A stretch of 63,207 bases of DNA, filler included, from Dugesia japonica (GCA_001938525.1; 6 parts of 6 records of this genome joined end to end with filler, not necessarily neighbours in it); one strand, 5' to 3'; counted from the whole stretch's first letter, positions 38,000 to 52,300 are shown. The notes: generated by a model not told the origin, from the sequence alone. Made by a program: numbers and translations.

Positions 38000-38220
38000 T
38001 GTTAGCCGCTGTTATACTTTCTGCAGTTTCCATCTATAAATATTTATTAATAAGTTACAATTAAGTCTAGTGAAACATTTATTCTAACAAAATAGCAATA
38101 TTAAAACAATTAATTGTTTTAATTATTATTTTTTTATCGAAATTTCTTCAATTATTATGCAATAAAATTTTATGAAACTTTTCATAAAATTTTTATGTAT
38201 AATATTAAAACATTCTAACA
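38000..38220 (-). repeat. 221-bp 3' LTR of a Gypsy element
   Basis: TGTTAG...CTAACA inverted termini; preceded on the minus strand by PPT GAAAGAAAGGGGA (38221-38233). Confidence 0.8.
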
Positions 38221-39466
38221 TCCCCTTTCTTTCAAAAATTTCAAATTTTCCACATTTCTGTATATTACTCTTTCTTGCATGTCTTCTAGCTTGTACCTTC
38301 TTTCATGGATCTTTTCCTTTATCTTGTATGGGCCATCGTAACTTTCTTTGTCCTTTGACCCTACTTCGTTTTTTACCTATACTTTCTGACCAATTTTGAA
38401 AGGTCTGCGAGTTGGGTATAATTCTCCACTGATCAATTTCTCTTCTACGTCTTCATCATCGATCCATCTTTCTCTTCGAATCTTCCTGTGACTCAACCAA
38501 GCCATTTCTCGGGTGATGGTATGTGCTCGAGTAACATAGGTCTATGTCCATTCTGTAAGCCATATCCTTGAACGCCTTTGATTCGAAGGTCTTCCCGCAA
38601 TCCGTATGTATCTCTTTTGGGGCTCCACATCGTAGGATCCATTTTTCCATGATTATCTTGCATATGGTTTCCTTGTCCTGTCTTCCTATGGCTGACAATG
38701 ATATATATTTACTATAGTGATCTATTATGGCTAGAATGTATTTCTTTCTCCGCAGTGTCTCTTTGAACGGTCCACATACATCGATATAGATCTTTTCAAA
38801 TACATAGTTAGCTTGCATTGTTATTTTCTCTTCTTTTTTTATTGATGTGTACACTTTATTCTTTCGGCAATCTTCCCATGTTNGTGTTGTCTCTGTCACT
38901 ATTTCGCGCATATTCAGCATATCATATGTACTTGTAATATAATGTAACATCTTTTCTTGACCCACGTGCATTAGTATGGTGTGAATTTTTTCATCCATTC
39001 TGATCGTTTCTCTTTTGGAATCCATATTTTGTAGCTTTTTGTTCTGACTATCCCTTTTTTTATAATATATTCTGAACTTCTGCATTTGTTTATGTTCCTT
39101 ATAATATTCTTTATTTCAACATTATCTTTCTTCCATTTGAACTCCGTATCCGTTGTCATCATACACAATTTTGCTGTTTTAATCTTACCTGTCATCGCCT
39201 ATTTATGCTGCATTTCACATTGTACACAAGTTTCGCACTCTATTCTGGAAAGCATGTCCGCTTTGGAATGCTCTTCTCCTTTTCTGTATTGAATATCCAT
39301 TGAAGTAGTATGTATTGAAGTAGTTTATCCAGTTCTGAAACTGCTTTGTTATTGGTTTCTTTGCCTTTATCATGAAGGTTATCGCCTTATGATCAGTTCT
39401 TAGGACGAATCTTCTATTATATAGATAATGTCGGAAACTATTACAAAAGTAGTATATTGCCAACAT
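38221..39466 (-). mobile_element. Ty3/Gypsy RNase H and integrase fragment
   Basis: FRHYLYNRRFVLRTDHKA; HHCC remnant; IDVCGP..IIDHYSKY..GAPKEIHTDCGKTFES. Confidence 0.92.
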
Positions 39467-40535
39467 ATTAATTTAAATTGTGTTTTTATTTTAAAGTTTG
39501 TAATCAGAATTTACTGAACATTAGTTCCTGAAGAAGGCATAATCGAAATATTGAACAATATATAAAAATAGAAAAACAACAATTTTTGCTTTTTAAAAAT
39601 TTTAATAAAAATTTTTTATCAATAAAAATTTAGTAATTTAACATTTTTGTTATTTATTTATGGTTTAATTTCTCTTGTTATGCGTATTCACATTTGCAAG
39701 TTCTGTCATTATATTATTTGTTGTCTAGTTCTTATCCTTTTCTTTGCTTTTTGTTTAATTATTCGTTTTCTTGTTACTCATACTTAAAGTCATCACTCAT
39801 TTAATTAAGGGCCATCCATTAATTTTTTCAACTAAATTGGGAAGAGCGTTAAAGAAGTTTGACAATTGTTGACTAGCAGGATGTGGGTGTCCAAAATAAA
39901 TTTTTTATGATAAGTTAATAAATCAAAAAAATAGTCCAAATATTGTTATACAATTGCAATTATGGCGAGAATAATTGTTGAACATAACCATTGATCGTTT
40001 TATAGAATTCATTTAAAATAAAAGCTTCTATCAAAATTTTTTTTGTTTTTTTTATTGATATTTGATAACAATTCGATATTTTGCCTTTGTCTTCGTCAGG
40101 AATTGACTTTTTCCTTACAAAATATTGTTAATTTGTAAGAAAGAGGTAAAAAAATTGTTGAAATAATTTTTTTAAGGTGTCACTGAAAGTTTAGCAGTTG
40201 TTAAAGCGGGTGGGGTTAAAAATATTGAAATAATTAATGTACAGTCTCTTATTTCAATAATTCACTGATCATTCTTTTATGTGTTATGTTTTTTGATTTA
40301 TTTTTGTAAAGTTCATTATATATATTTTAACTTGCTTTATTATCTGGTGTGTTCTATTTCAACAATTGTACTAATAAAATTTCAAATATTTAGGTTTTAT
40401 TGATGTTGATAATTATGTGTGATTACTAACGAATAAATTGATTAATTATCTATTTTAAAATTGTATCTTGTATACAGTAATTAATTTATGCAGCATTGTT
40501 GTTATTTTCAAATTATTATTGAAATACATTCGTAA

Positions 40536-41468
40536 ATGAGCTCAGTGCAATGTGAAGAGTACTTTTTAAAACATTCTGATTATGGAGATCACATCAAAAT
40601 AATTCACGATAGATCAGTATCAACTATTAGCGATTGTTACAGCAGTGATGATGATTACAAAGAAGGTATTTTACACGATTATTTATTGAACCAGTCAACC
40701 ATTTTATTGTCAAATGAAGAAATTGCATTCAATAATGATCAGAAAAAGGTTGAGGAAAATTTAATCCCAGATAAAGAAAATAAGGAAAGCGAAGTAAAAA
40801 TTGATGAAGACTTTTGGAAAACCGAATATAATCAGAAATTATCTAAAAGTAGTTCTAATATTAATATAAATACTTCACCAGTCAATGAAATATCACCAGA
40901 TTATTTATTTGATAAGTGCATTTCTGAATTTTATCGGCCTCCTTCACGGCCAAAAGATAGTTTTATTGGAACAAAGAAAAACTATGAAGACGACACATCG
41001 ATTTTAGTACACCATTTTACAGAATTTGATCAACAAAATAATTATCACAAATCTTCTCAATTAATAAATAATGGTGTTAATAAAGAATGTGGTGACAATG
41101 ATATGTCTGCTTCTTTATTCGACTCTAACAAACCGTTTAAGGAGTGCAGAAATAATGTTTGTGATGATTCTACTATTAAATTATTGAGTACTGGATCTCT
41201 CAATAGTCACACTCAATCAGATTCAATTGACAATATGTTTAAATTACCAAATTCTGACAATAACTTATTTCTTGATTATGAATTTGAGAATTTTTCTCAA
41301 TCAGAATCTTTAAGAAAATCGAAAACTGCACCGATAATAAAATCAACGACTACGCAGTTTTCATCCAATGACTTGCATGAAGAAATCAACAAAGAAAGCG
41401 TAGAAATAACACGTACAGAAAAATGTGTTGGGACCAATTTAATATATGAGGTAATTCTTTTATATTAA
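40536..41468 (+). CDS. Large low-complexity (S/N/D/E-rich) host exon, product unknown
   Basis: 310-codon uninterrupted ORF in AT-rich DNA; possible degenerate zinc finger CEEYF...HIKIIH; candidate donor GAG|GTAATT at 41451. Confidence 0.65.
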   Translation: MSSVQCEEYFLKHSDYGDHIKIIHDRSVSTISDCYSSDDDYKEGILHDYLLNQSTILLSNEEIAFNNDQKKVEENLIPDKENKESEVKIDEDFWKTEYNQKLSKSSSNININTSPVNEISPDYLFDKCISEFYRPPSRPKDSFIGTKKNYEDDTSILVHHFTEFDQQNNYHKSSQLINNGVNKECGDNDMSASLFDSNKPFKECRNNVCDDSTIKLLSTGSLNSHTQSDSIDNMFKLPNSDNNLFLDYEFENFSQSESLRKSKTAPIIKSTTTQFSSNDLHEEINKESVEITRTEKCVGTNLIYEVILLY

Positions 41469-41740
41469 TTTTTTAAGTGAAAACCAATGTTCCTTTTAAT
41501 TTCTTGACTGACTGTGTCCGGAAAAAATCAACCTGGGCGGAAACTGCATAATAAATTCATTCTTTTTCACAGTTACTGCTACTGTGCAGATTTTACATGA
41601 ACTGGTCAAAAGTTTTTTAATAGCTGCTTGAAATATTAAAAGGGAACGTGATAAGAATTTTTTAACATTTCGAATTTAAAATAAAAAGTAGATTCGTTTA
41701 AATAAGTTTATTTATATTTGGATTTGAATAGCTTCTAATA

Positions 41741-42400
41741 TACTATCTTTCCGAAAAGTTCCTAGCCTAATTAAACAAAATCATTTATTTTATTCAACAT
41801 GTAGGTCAAAACAACGATTCCAGCGATTCTCAAGTTTTTTTATGCCTTCTTAAAAATATGTTGACTGTAATCCTCCAAAATATGCTTCCGTTTCCTGTTT
41901 TACTTCCTTATTTGAATTGAATATCATGCCAGAAAGAAATCGTTTGAAATGTGGAAATAAAATAAGTTACAAGCTGCCAAATCCAGAGAATATGGAGGTG
42001 GAGAAAGCAATTTGAATCTTAATTCATGTAATTTTGGTTTAGCAACAAATGATCTGTGAGAGGGTGTGTTGTCATGACGAAACAGCATTTTTTCTTCATT
42101 AAATGTGTTCGGTTTCTCTTCATTTCATCCTTCAAACGATCAGGCAAATCTGCATAATGAGGTCGTGCTATAGTTATCCCTTTCTTGAGGTAGTCAATAA
42201 GTATTATACCTTTGGCATCCAAGAAAATGGTAGCCACAACCTTGTCAACCGTTTTTGTGTTATAGGTCGATTCGATGCACTTTCTCAAGGTGAAATCAAC
42301 TACTTCGGTAGTTGAGTTGACTCTGGTGTGTAATAATGGATACATGTTTCATCGACTGTGATATATCGATGCAAAAAATTAGTTTGGAGTTTATTGAAAC
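41741..42400 (-). mobile_element. Mariner (DD34D-type) transposon, 3' part, decayed
   Basis: ITVDETCIHYY, VVATIFLDAKGIILIDYLKKG, HDNTPSH, PPYSLDLAACNLFLF, GIKKLENRWNRC; candidate TIR TACTATCTTTCCGAAAAGTTCC next to TA. Confidence 0.9.
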
Positions 42401-43037
42401 NNNNNNNNNNNNNNNNNNNNNNNNNNNNNNNNNNNNNNNNNNNNTTAATTAATTAANNNNNNNNNNNNNNNNNNNNNNNNNNNNNNNNNNNNNNNNNNNN
42501 CTTTGGTTAAAAATTAAACATATAACCGGAGTGAATTTGATTGATGTTCAAGATTCATTTTTCAAATATCAAGAAAGTCATAATGAAGAAAGGTTCAATT
42601 TGAAACGCAAATTGACTGATTTATCGATTGATGTTACAAAGAAAAAACATTGTATTATAATAAACCATATTTTTGAAAACACTTTTTTTAAAATTTTATC
42701 AGAACATTGATTGTGTTACAATTGAAATGCAAATTAAATAAAGAAAATACAATTTGAAAGCATATAATACAAAGACATTAAGCATAACATAAACGATGAA
42801 TATGTGGAGTCGAAACGAAGCTTTTTTCAAGCATAGTACTTTAGACAATGTATAGGTAATTTTTAATATTAAGACGATTGGTAAAAAAAAAATTTTAAAA
42901 TTTAAATTGAAATTCAAATATTTTATTGATTCGATCATATTTTTCAAAAATTAATTACAGAACATTGCGACGCAAAAAAATTTGACGAAAAAAAATTTTC
43001 TGGCTGGGGGGGGGTGCGACAGTGCGGACATATCTCA

Positions 43038-45170
43038 CTACTTCATGACATTTTTGCTTTCACCTTTTGTTTTCATACCTCTGGTTAATTCTAATAATGG
43101 TGCTGATATTTTTGCAAAATCTTGTATGAATCTCCGATAATATCCCACTAACCCATTAAATCCTTATAATTGTTGTACGCTTTTTGGCACGGGAAAATCT
43201 TAGACCACTTTTACCTTTTCTGGATTTAGCTCTAATCCATTTTGATGATACAATATGTCCGAGAAATAAACACTTTCCTCTGCCCATTTACACTTTGTGG
43301 GTTTTAGTTTAATATTGGGTTTTCTAATTCTAGATAGTACATTTTCTATATTAATTAAATGCTGTGCAAATGTTTCAGACGCTATAAGTATATCATCCAT
43401 ATACACAACTACATGTTCCACACCTGTTAATACTGTGTTCATTAGTCTCTGAAACATAGCTGGTGCATTGCATAGCCCAAACGGCAATCTGACAAATTCA
43501 TATGATCCATCATCAGTACAGAATGCTGTTTTTTCTCGATCCTCTTCTTGTACTGGGATTACATTATAACCTTTATTAGCATCTAAACTTGCAAACTATT
43601 TTGCATTCATTAACTTATTGAATTGTTCATGTATCCTTGGAAATAGGTGTGTATCTTTTTTTGAAACTTCATTAAGTTTTCTGTAACCAATGCACATTCT
43701 AATCTCGCCGTCTTTCTTTTTAACTGGTACTATTGACAATGCCCATTGAGAAAATGATTCCATTTGCTTTTTGTTCCGTAACTTGTCTTTTCATTTCTGG
43801 TCTAAACGCATATATTTCTGTCCGACACTGTTATCTACAGTTCTTCATTTATTTTATACATATGGTCAAGAATGTTACTGCATTTTTCAATCACTTTTGG
43901 TTGATAATGTTTATCCGTTAAAATCCTTGTTATTGGGAGCAAAAACCCTTTTTCTCCTTTATAAATTACTGGTAGTTCATTAGTTCATTTCTCATGATCT
44001 GTGAGCGTAACGGCTACTGGTTTGGATTGAAAACTCACCAAAGTTTCTCCCACTATTCTTCCAAATGTTCCTCTTTTCTCGAACAAAAGTGGTGCTACCA
44101 GATCCGGATTCATGACTACCATTGCCATTTTTACTCTTAATAGATCCAATTTATCAATTTCTAGCCTAGCATCTTTTATTTCTTTTACTGATAAATACAG
44201 TCCATTATAATTTTTTACTATTACTTCCACTCCACATTTGATATCTACTCCTTTCTCAATAAGCCTTAATGCTTCTTGTGTTGAATTTGATATATAAATT
44301 ATACTGTTGGTGTTGCCTTTTCATCAATTACTGTTGCTTTCTTTTTGCATCTCTTATGTTAGGTGGATTATCTGTTGGTAATGTTCCACTGACTTCTCTC
44401 ATAGCCACTGTCCTTAATTTTGTAAGTTTACATTCAAATGGATTTACTTTTTACACCATCATTGATCCTCCAATATCACAACTTGTGTCTTTAAGGCTTC
44501 AAAATGGGTGTGTCATCATTTTCCCTGTAGCAGCATCAAACGTTATCTTTATTTTCTTTAATTCAACATGATATTGTCTTCTAACTAAAATGTCAGATTT
44601 CACTTGTCCCATATTCTATATTTTCCTTTTCCACAATATCCATCTGCTGTTGACTATCCCACAACATCTACTCTTTGTTTCATTCTCGCCCCAATTCTTG
44701 CTTGTAATTCGTGCCCATGTACTTTCAACACTTTTGTTTTAAAGGCCTCTCACAATCACTCACATCTACTACCACTATGTCTGGAGACCAAGCTGGTATT
44801 AGTGGTATACTTTGTGTAGTATCACAATATGAAATTTTTTCTTTCAATTTCAAACTACATTCATATGCTTCTGCATGCTCAAAATCAGACTCTTGATATA
44901 AATGCATGATTATTGGATTCGATATTTTTATTTATGTAGGATGCGCCTCTGAGCTATTTTCTACATCCAATAATGAATACTTTTCCCCCCATTTTGGAGT
45001 ATTACAATCATATGCTACCATCGCATTTGCTCCTCTTGCTAATTCTGAAAACATTATTATAATTTTTATTATTGTATCCATTAGTGTTCAACTTGATATT
45101 TTAGTTTCTTTATTTCATCTTCTTGTTCTGCTTATTGAATTTTTGTTTACTATTATTTGTTGGATATAAC
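43038..45170 (-). mobile_element. Ty3/Gypsy gag knuckle, protease and RT of a second family, decayed
   Basis: PFGLCNAPAMFQRLMNTVL, YMDDILI, GFNGLVGYYRRFIQDFAKI; protease-like and knuckle remnants upstream. Confidence 0.88.
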
Positions 45171-45929
45171 GTGAGATATAATTCCCAACATTCTTCTTGC
45201 GTGATCCACGAGTTAATTCCCTTATTCAAAAATTGATTAACTATTCGTTCTACAAATTCTATCAAATTTTACGTGTTATTAAAACAACACTGCATTTTAA
45301 GGAAACAGCGTTCTTATCATAAAAAACATAATTTCTGATTTACATAAAATCTTTTTTTCATTATTATTTATTATTATTATTTTTATTATTATTTCAAATT
45401 AATTAACTAAAAAATTAAACTTAAAAGATTTAACTTCTTAAAATTAAAAAAAATAAATAATAATCGACCAAATAATACTTTTCATAAACATGTTCATATT
45501 GTTAGGGTCCATCGCAGTCATCGGGCTAATATTAAAAGCATGGATCATTCGGCTCGCATTACCAACATTTGACGATGAGCATTGATCCGCAGCATTCAGT
45601 TTCATATTGGTTCGTAAAAGTTGTATAAACTACAATAATGAAAATATTAATAATTACAATCAAATATTTTGATAATAATAGATTTACTTTTTTTTACATA
45701 CTTTCGGTAGCAGCTGTTCCATAATCTTGTTCCACTGGGTTTATAGCGTAAAATATAAATTTAAATCATTACCTATTAAATTATAAATAATCTTACGTCT
45801 TCATATAATCTTGTTCTGGAAATTGAATTCATTTTCTTTTCGTTATTCATTTTATACAAAATTAAAATAAGATTNNNNNNNNNNNNNNNNNNNNNNNNNN
45901 NAAACATAAGTATTTTTAAAGTTTAATAG

Positions 45930-46440
45930 AAGTATAAGATATTAAATAGAAATTACTATAAGTCATGGAAATTTATCTGAAATTTACTATAAAACTTTAA
46001 AATATTTCATAAATTGCATAGAAGTCATCAATAAGTTTCAAAAGTTTCATAGAAGTCAATTGTAACTTTCATAAATGACATAGAAGTCAATAAAAGTTTT
46101 CAAAGATTTACTAGATGTCAATGAAAATAATTAAATATTTACTATGTCAATAAAACATTTCAAATATGACAAGAAAGTCAACAAAACCTTACAAACATTT
46201 TAGTGAAGTCATTGAAATTTTCATTATTTACATAGTAGTTGACAAAACCTTCAAGCAAGAAGTAAATAAGAACTATCTAAAAATTCCTGAACGTCACTGA
46301 AATATTTCTAAAGTTTACTAGTAGTATAAGAACTTAAACAGAAATTTGCTAGACGTCATGAAAATTTATTAGAAAAAGTTTAGAAGTCATAGAAAATTGT
46401 TTGAGAATTACTAGAAGTATATGAAATGTATTAAAAAATT
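45930..46440. repeat. Degenerate ~30-bp minisatellite with TAGAAGTCA core
   Basis: Core recurs about every 30 bp; related units at 50520-50650 and, reversed, at 14470-14550. Confidence 0.7.
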
Positions 46441-46959
46441 ATGATACATATACACAATGAGTACAATACATGTATAAGACGACTGCATGACATATGAAAC
46501 AGAACAAGTGCTCACCGCATAGTTATCAAATATCAATATTTAACTGAGGATATTTCTAATCTACAATAATATGATTCCTTCAACATGGAAAATAGTTACT
46601 TTGTCATAGAAAACCCATACTTCAAAATAGAAAATAACACTGCATCATGGAAAATATACACTTCATAATAGAAAATATTGGATTCTTCACGTAACATGTA
46701 TGACTTGCCATTGAAAATAAACATTTACGACATAGTAAATATACACTTCATCTCAGAAATAAAAGGTTCCATCATGGTAAATTCAGGGTTCAACATTGCA
46801 AATACAAGACNNNNNNNNNNNNNNNNNNNNNNNNNNNNNNNNNNNNNNNNNNNNNNNNNAGATTAAGCAGGTTTCGTCATTGTAAATATACACATCAACA
46901 TGGAAAATACAGCGTTCATCATAAAACTCAAATAAACAACATATAAAATAAGTTTTAGC

Positions 46960-48100
46960 GGTCAAGGTAATACGACGATAGTTTGGTCTTTAGAGTTATC
47001 AGATATGTTTAAAAAAATGAAGAAAGCGTTAATTTCTACACCAATTTTAGGATAGCCAAATTTGCATTAGTAGTTTATTCTAGACACCGATGCTAGCTTC
47101 GGAACGATTGGTGCTGTGCTGTCGCAGAGGGATGAAGACGGGAACAAAAGAGTGATAGCGTACGGGTCTCACGCAATGTCTACCCACGAACAAGGATAGT
47201 GCATAACTCGTAAGAAACTCTTGACAGTATATTACTTTTGTTTAAACTTTAAACATTATTTATATGATTGACGATTTATTTTAAAAAAGGATCAAAAAGC
47301 GATAACGAAATGTTGCATACAAAAAAACCAATCACAGCGCAGTTCCAAACCTGGATTAATTTCCTAAGTTGGTTGGACATGGAATTGGAATTCAGGAAAG
47401 ATGAGAATTACGACAATGCTGATGCATTAAGTAGATTGAACTGTTAGAAATGCATACAGTACAAATTGATACATAAAGAAGCGAAGATGAAAAAATCAAG
47501 ACTAGGAGACTAGGAGACACTGAGGGAATAAACGAGTGGGATATTGACATGTCGTAGAAAAATTGTCTATAAGAAGAGACAATGGAGCAGAAGATTGTGA
47601 AAATTCATAAATCATTATGTCATGCAGGTATAGAGAAATCGGATAAATATATCTGCTCAAGATACGAATGAGGACAGTTAAGATCAAGAATTAAAGAGAT
47701 TATAAAAAGCTGTGTTTTCTGTTAAAAAGCCAATATTTTGAGAAGTACAAGACGCAAAATAACTAAAAAATCAAACAGTTACGCTTCGTTTGAAGTGATG
47801 TTTATAAATATTTGTAGCCTATTAAAGGAGACTAAGAATAGGAAGAAATACATGCTTAGTATGATCGACCAATGTGGGAAGTTTGTAGTTTTATTGAGAA
47901 TGAAGGTACGATTCGATATTGTATTTGGAAGCACTGGATTCTGAAATTCGGATGTCCAAGAGTGATACGTTCTGATAGCGGGAGGGTCTTTGAAAAGAAT
48001 TGAAAGAGTTTGCAGGTAAAGCAAAGAATACGTGGCAATTCTTGAGTCCATATCATCATAGGACAAACTGTCAAATCGAACGCCAATTTCTGACGATAAT
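46960..48100 (+). mobile_element. Ty3/Gypsy RNase H and integrase fragment
   Basis: FILDTDASFGTIGAVLSQ, TRKKLLTVYYFC, WILKFGCPRVIRSDSGRVF, SPYHHRTNCQIERQF. Confidence 0.9.
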
Positions 48101-48907
48101 TCAAAAACCACAAAATAATTTTTTTAACTATTTTGTGTTTTTTGAATTATTTGAAAAAGCTCAATTACTCAGTTTTTCATATATTTTGGTCACTCTTTAG
48201 TTTGTCTAACAGCTTGTAGTCATTCCGGTATTGATCAAGGTAAATTTAATTTTACAGTTTTGTTGATTTTCTCCAATTCTTTCAAAATAACTAGAGTTTC
48301 TGCCCGAGAAATTCTTTCTCCAAAATTTTGAGATTTTTTTCGAATTTTGAGATTTAAAATATTTTAATTTTAGCGTCTGGTTTATTGTTGACTGTTTTTT
48401 AATCATCCATCTTGATTAATTATTCTTCATAGTGTTTAATTAAAATAACGTCTACCACTTCATTCTTGATATTAATAACTTTCGGTTCTTCTATCCATAT
48501 TTTCTTATTTGGTACGTCTAATTACATATTAATAAACTCCCTATCTAGAATTGTTTTTTAATAAACTTTATTTATTTTTCGTAAAACTAGATAAACGGTT
48601 TCAAAGGTTCTTAAAAAACTTTATATAGTCACCTAATACCAATGTCGTACAATTATGATATATAAAGTAATTTTTCTAATAAAACTATTGGTTATTGTAT
48701 CTTTCCATGATAATATGACAATTACCATTATGACTCACATTTGTGTAACGGTTTTTTATACAATTTACATTGTCCTGAAATAATTATGATTTCAGTATTA
48801 TAAGATAACGATACTTTTAATGACGTATTAATTTAATTAACATTGTTAATAATATTTTTAATTACAAACCAGAAAAGAACTTAATCTACATCAAAAAGTG
48901 TGTTATT

Positions 48908-49152
48908 TTAATTGGTTTTCTTTGAACATTTAAACACTTCACATCGTGACCATCTTGGTTCAGTTGTATCAGAATTATAGCACCAAGTTGTATTATAATC
49001 TATGTCTCTACAATATCTATTATTAACCACATCATAGTTAGTATGTATTTTATTTGGTCTGTTGGTATTCCACATTTGACAAGCTACACCTCTAATATTT
49101 TTAGTTAATAAACCTTCGTATTTGATGTTTTCTCCTTCTTTGCACCGATATC
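48908..49152 (-). CDS. Terminal exon encoding a kringle domain
   Basis: After acceptor ttttatAG: YRCKEGENIKYEG...GVACQMWNTNRPNKIH...NRYCRDIDYNTTWCYNSDTTEPRWSRCEVFKC*, six Cys in kringle spacing with no internal stop. Confidence 0.85.
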
Positions 49153-49399
49153 CTATAAAAAAATTACAATAAATTTTTAAAGTATTTTATTGAAAATATA
49201 AATTTAAAAAATAATTTCATTGTTTTAATTAATATTTTGAAAGTCACTGGACTATTGATATTGGCTTGTAACTTGTAACACAATTTTCTTTAATTTTTTA
49301 ATAATAATTTGATGCATTCATTAAAAAACTTTCTTCTCACAAAAATAATTAGTTAATCAATAATACAATCTTACTATTGAATTGTTGTTCATCTTTTAG

Positions 49400-49665
49400 G
49401 CCAATTCTTACATGCCTGACAGCCACCTCCTTAATTATTCATTATTACTCGTTTCATAAATTTCCTATTTTCTTTATTTACAAGCGTTAATAATGTTCTA
49501 TGTTTTTTTAATGAAACCGTTTTAGCTTTGCTAAAATTTAAATTACCGTGAACAATATTTTCATTTGAATCATAACAAAGAATGAACATGATTGCAAAAC
49601 TTTTAATTTTGAAAATATTTAATCAAGGCAATAAAAAACTGAATACTTCTTTCTAATTTCATTTT
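49400..49665 (-). pseudogene. Decayed homolog of the Polinton small protein at 6611
   Basis: RSIQFFIALI..KVLQS..NIVHGNLNFSKAK..LKKH..RKFMKRVIMNN*GGG, read across frameshifts. Confidence 0.65.
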
Positions 49666-49719
49666 TATTTCAATAAAGCATACATACAAGCAAAATCATC
49701 ATTTACTCTATTTATCTAT

Positions 49720-50492
49720 ATTTTACTCTACGTTCTATTGAATCTTAATCTTTAAAAAGTAACAGTAAGAGATAAAAGAAAACAATACGACCGAGTGATA
49801 GTGAGTAACACTTGATATGTCATATTTCTTATTTAAAATAATTTAACTATTTCAGTATGTTTGCATCATCTGATTATCCTTCTGGTTCTTTGCTTGCTAT
49901 TTGCTTTAATGCGTTTACCTTTGGTTTTATGTATTTCATTTTCTTTTAAATGTCAAATTACCAGTAACTTTCTTGGAAAATAAAAGTTTAACATAGGAAG
50001 TACAGGTTTTGTCATTATAAATACATGATTCAACATTGAAAATATAGGTTAAGTGGAAAGTATATGTTTAATGACAAATGTGGGTATTCTCATGAAAATA
50101 TTGGTTTAATTTAAAATTTTATCATGTAAAAATAGGAATTATCATGAAAATATTGGTTTGAACAATGCAATATAAATTTTAATATGACACATATAGGTTT
50201 TTTATAATTAAATAGAAGGATATTAAACAAGAAACATTCAATAGACTAATTTTTGTAAGAAGCCCCACTACATTATAATTTATTATTTAGAACAACATAT
50301 TAACAAACAAGTAATACATATTCAATTATTTCTTATCCAAATAAGGTTTCACTTCATTCTTAGTATGTGTCTTTTCTTAAAACACTGATAAGTTAGAACA
50401 AGAGTATGGCGAAGCTAATGTAAATGAGGTCAAGAAAGTGCAAAATAGTATTATCTAATTTACTTGAAGTCAAATAATTTTATCTGAAATTA
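49720..50492 (-). repeat. Second copy of the dispersed repeat at 5697-6380
   Basis: Reverse-complement matches over several blocks. Confidence 0.8.
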
Positions 50493-51489
50493 TATAGTAG
50501 TTGAAAAAATAATCATAAATTTCATAGAAGTCTATAATTCCTTCAAAATCATATTTTAGAAAGTAAATCTAAAAATGACTAGAAGTCACTACATATTTTA
50601 TTAAATTGGATAGAAGTCATAAATTAATTTATGAAATTATATAAAAGTATCAAAACATTTTTTTGAAATTTACATGATGTATTAATACGCAATTTGTTGC
50701 ATTACATACATAGTATGTGTACAATACACGTGTTAAAATCGGGCAATATGAATTCTACTGNCATGACATTCTTATATTATTCAAGGAACAGATTACATAG
50801 AAGTTATTGATTTATTGTTAAATAGGTATGAATTTTCACATCTTTGTCACCAATTTTCACATCTTAATGTAAAAATTGGAAATTTATACACAAGATGTGA
50901 AAATTCACACTTTTTAAATAAAAAATTACCTTAGGTGCTAAATTTCACACTTCAATTGACCTCAAATTATTTTCTTTGTTTGAATTAACAATAAAAAATT
51001 TTACACATTATGTATTTTATAAAAAATTAAAAGCGATGCGCATTAGGCATTTAAGAAATTCAAAAAAGTTTATTTTACTGTTTGAATTGACATGATAAAC
51101 TTATTTAACATAATTTTTATGTGAATTTTCAGACCTCATTGTAAACAATGATTTTATTTATCGACATGTAAATTTTCTCAAATTATTTATTATTATTATA
51201 ATTATTATTATTATAACTATTATTATTATTATTACTATTATTAATATTATAAAAACCTTATTATTAAAAAACATTATTATTACTATTCTTTTAACAATAA
51301 AATAGAAATTCAATAAATAAAATACAAGTCTTTAGAAATATTTATTTCAATCATAATAAAAAAAACATATTTCATTGTCAAATAGGCTTTCCTTCTCTGT
51401 AACAATCTAAATGCAGTAATGGAATTGGTTGACATCGAAACAAAATAACGATTATTTATTTGATCATGGCCATAGGCCATACTCTTATT

Positions 51490-52300
51490 TTTTCCTTCCA
51501 AAAGAGCTTATCGTCCATATATTATAACGCGTATTTCTTAGTTTCTATTGTATAAGTCTGATGATTAAGTGACCTGAATNNNNNNNNNNNNNNNNNNNNN
51601 NNTTCTTCTGCGTCGGTATAGACGACCAAATAGTCATCATGGCGAATATAAGTTTGTTTCAAACCAACTCTTATAGCCTGCATAGTTGTGCTGCCATCTT
51701 CCTTATTCATGCTTTAGCATTTAGGTCTTAAAAATACCCATTTCAGATAATCTTTTCCTTGACCCTCATTTTTAAATGACCCCATTTTGTTGGTTACATT
51801 ACTAGAGTATAATGGGTGATCCTTTGAAAAGTTTCTTATATTCAGCAGACCATTAAACTTAATTTCTCTCAAGAGTNCGTCTTTGTCCACTCCAGTGCAT
51901 GACAAGAAAATGCTATCTGTGTCACCTGTAATATGGATTTTACAACCAAATTGATTTCGATATTTTCCAACTCTTCACTGTAACTTGTACATGCGTAGCT
52001 TGGTAAGATCCAGCATCGTCTGTCTAATGTAACTTGNCCTATCAAGACATATACAATCCTTCTTCACTGCTTGATAATAATTACTTTTGGTATAATTCTT
52101 CCAACTGATCTTCCGCTATAAACTCAAAGTCTCTATATGTTAAAGGCTGTTTTAAGGCCGAACCGTATAGATTATTTATATCGATATATAGCAGTGAGGT
52201 ATTCTCATCTACCCGAACGTAATGTGTATTTACAAATGTCATGCCACCTCTAATTCCTGATAAAAATAACCGATGCATTCCTGGGTCCTGTAGAGTAGGT
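51490..52300 (-). pseudogene. Third Polinton pPolB fragment (divergent family), intein-free, motif B region deleted
   Basis: SGIRGGMTFV, motif A YIDINNLYG, motif C ITGDTDSIF, DHPLYSS..MGSFKNE, FLRPKC, FRSLNHQTYTIETKKYAL..DDK. Confidence 0.88.

Noticed and set aside
45490-45850. Possible small spliced host gene on the minus strand
   Set aside because: Splice-like sites exist, but I could not build a consistent frame or recognise a product.
45930-46440. Periodic TAGAAGTCA repeats as a possible CRISPR-like array
   Set aside because: Units are degenerate throughout, there is no constant repeat with unique spacers, no cas genes, and the context is eukaryotic.
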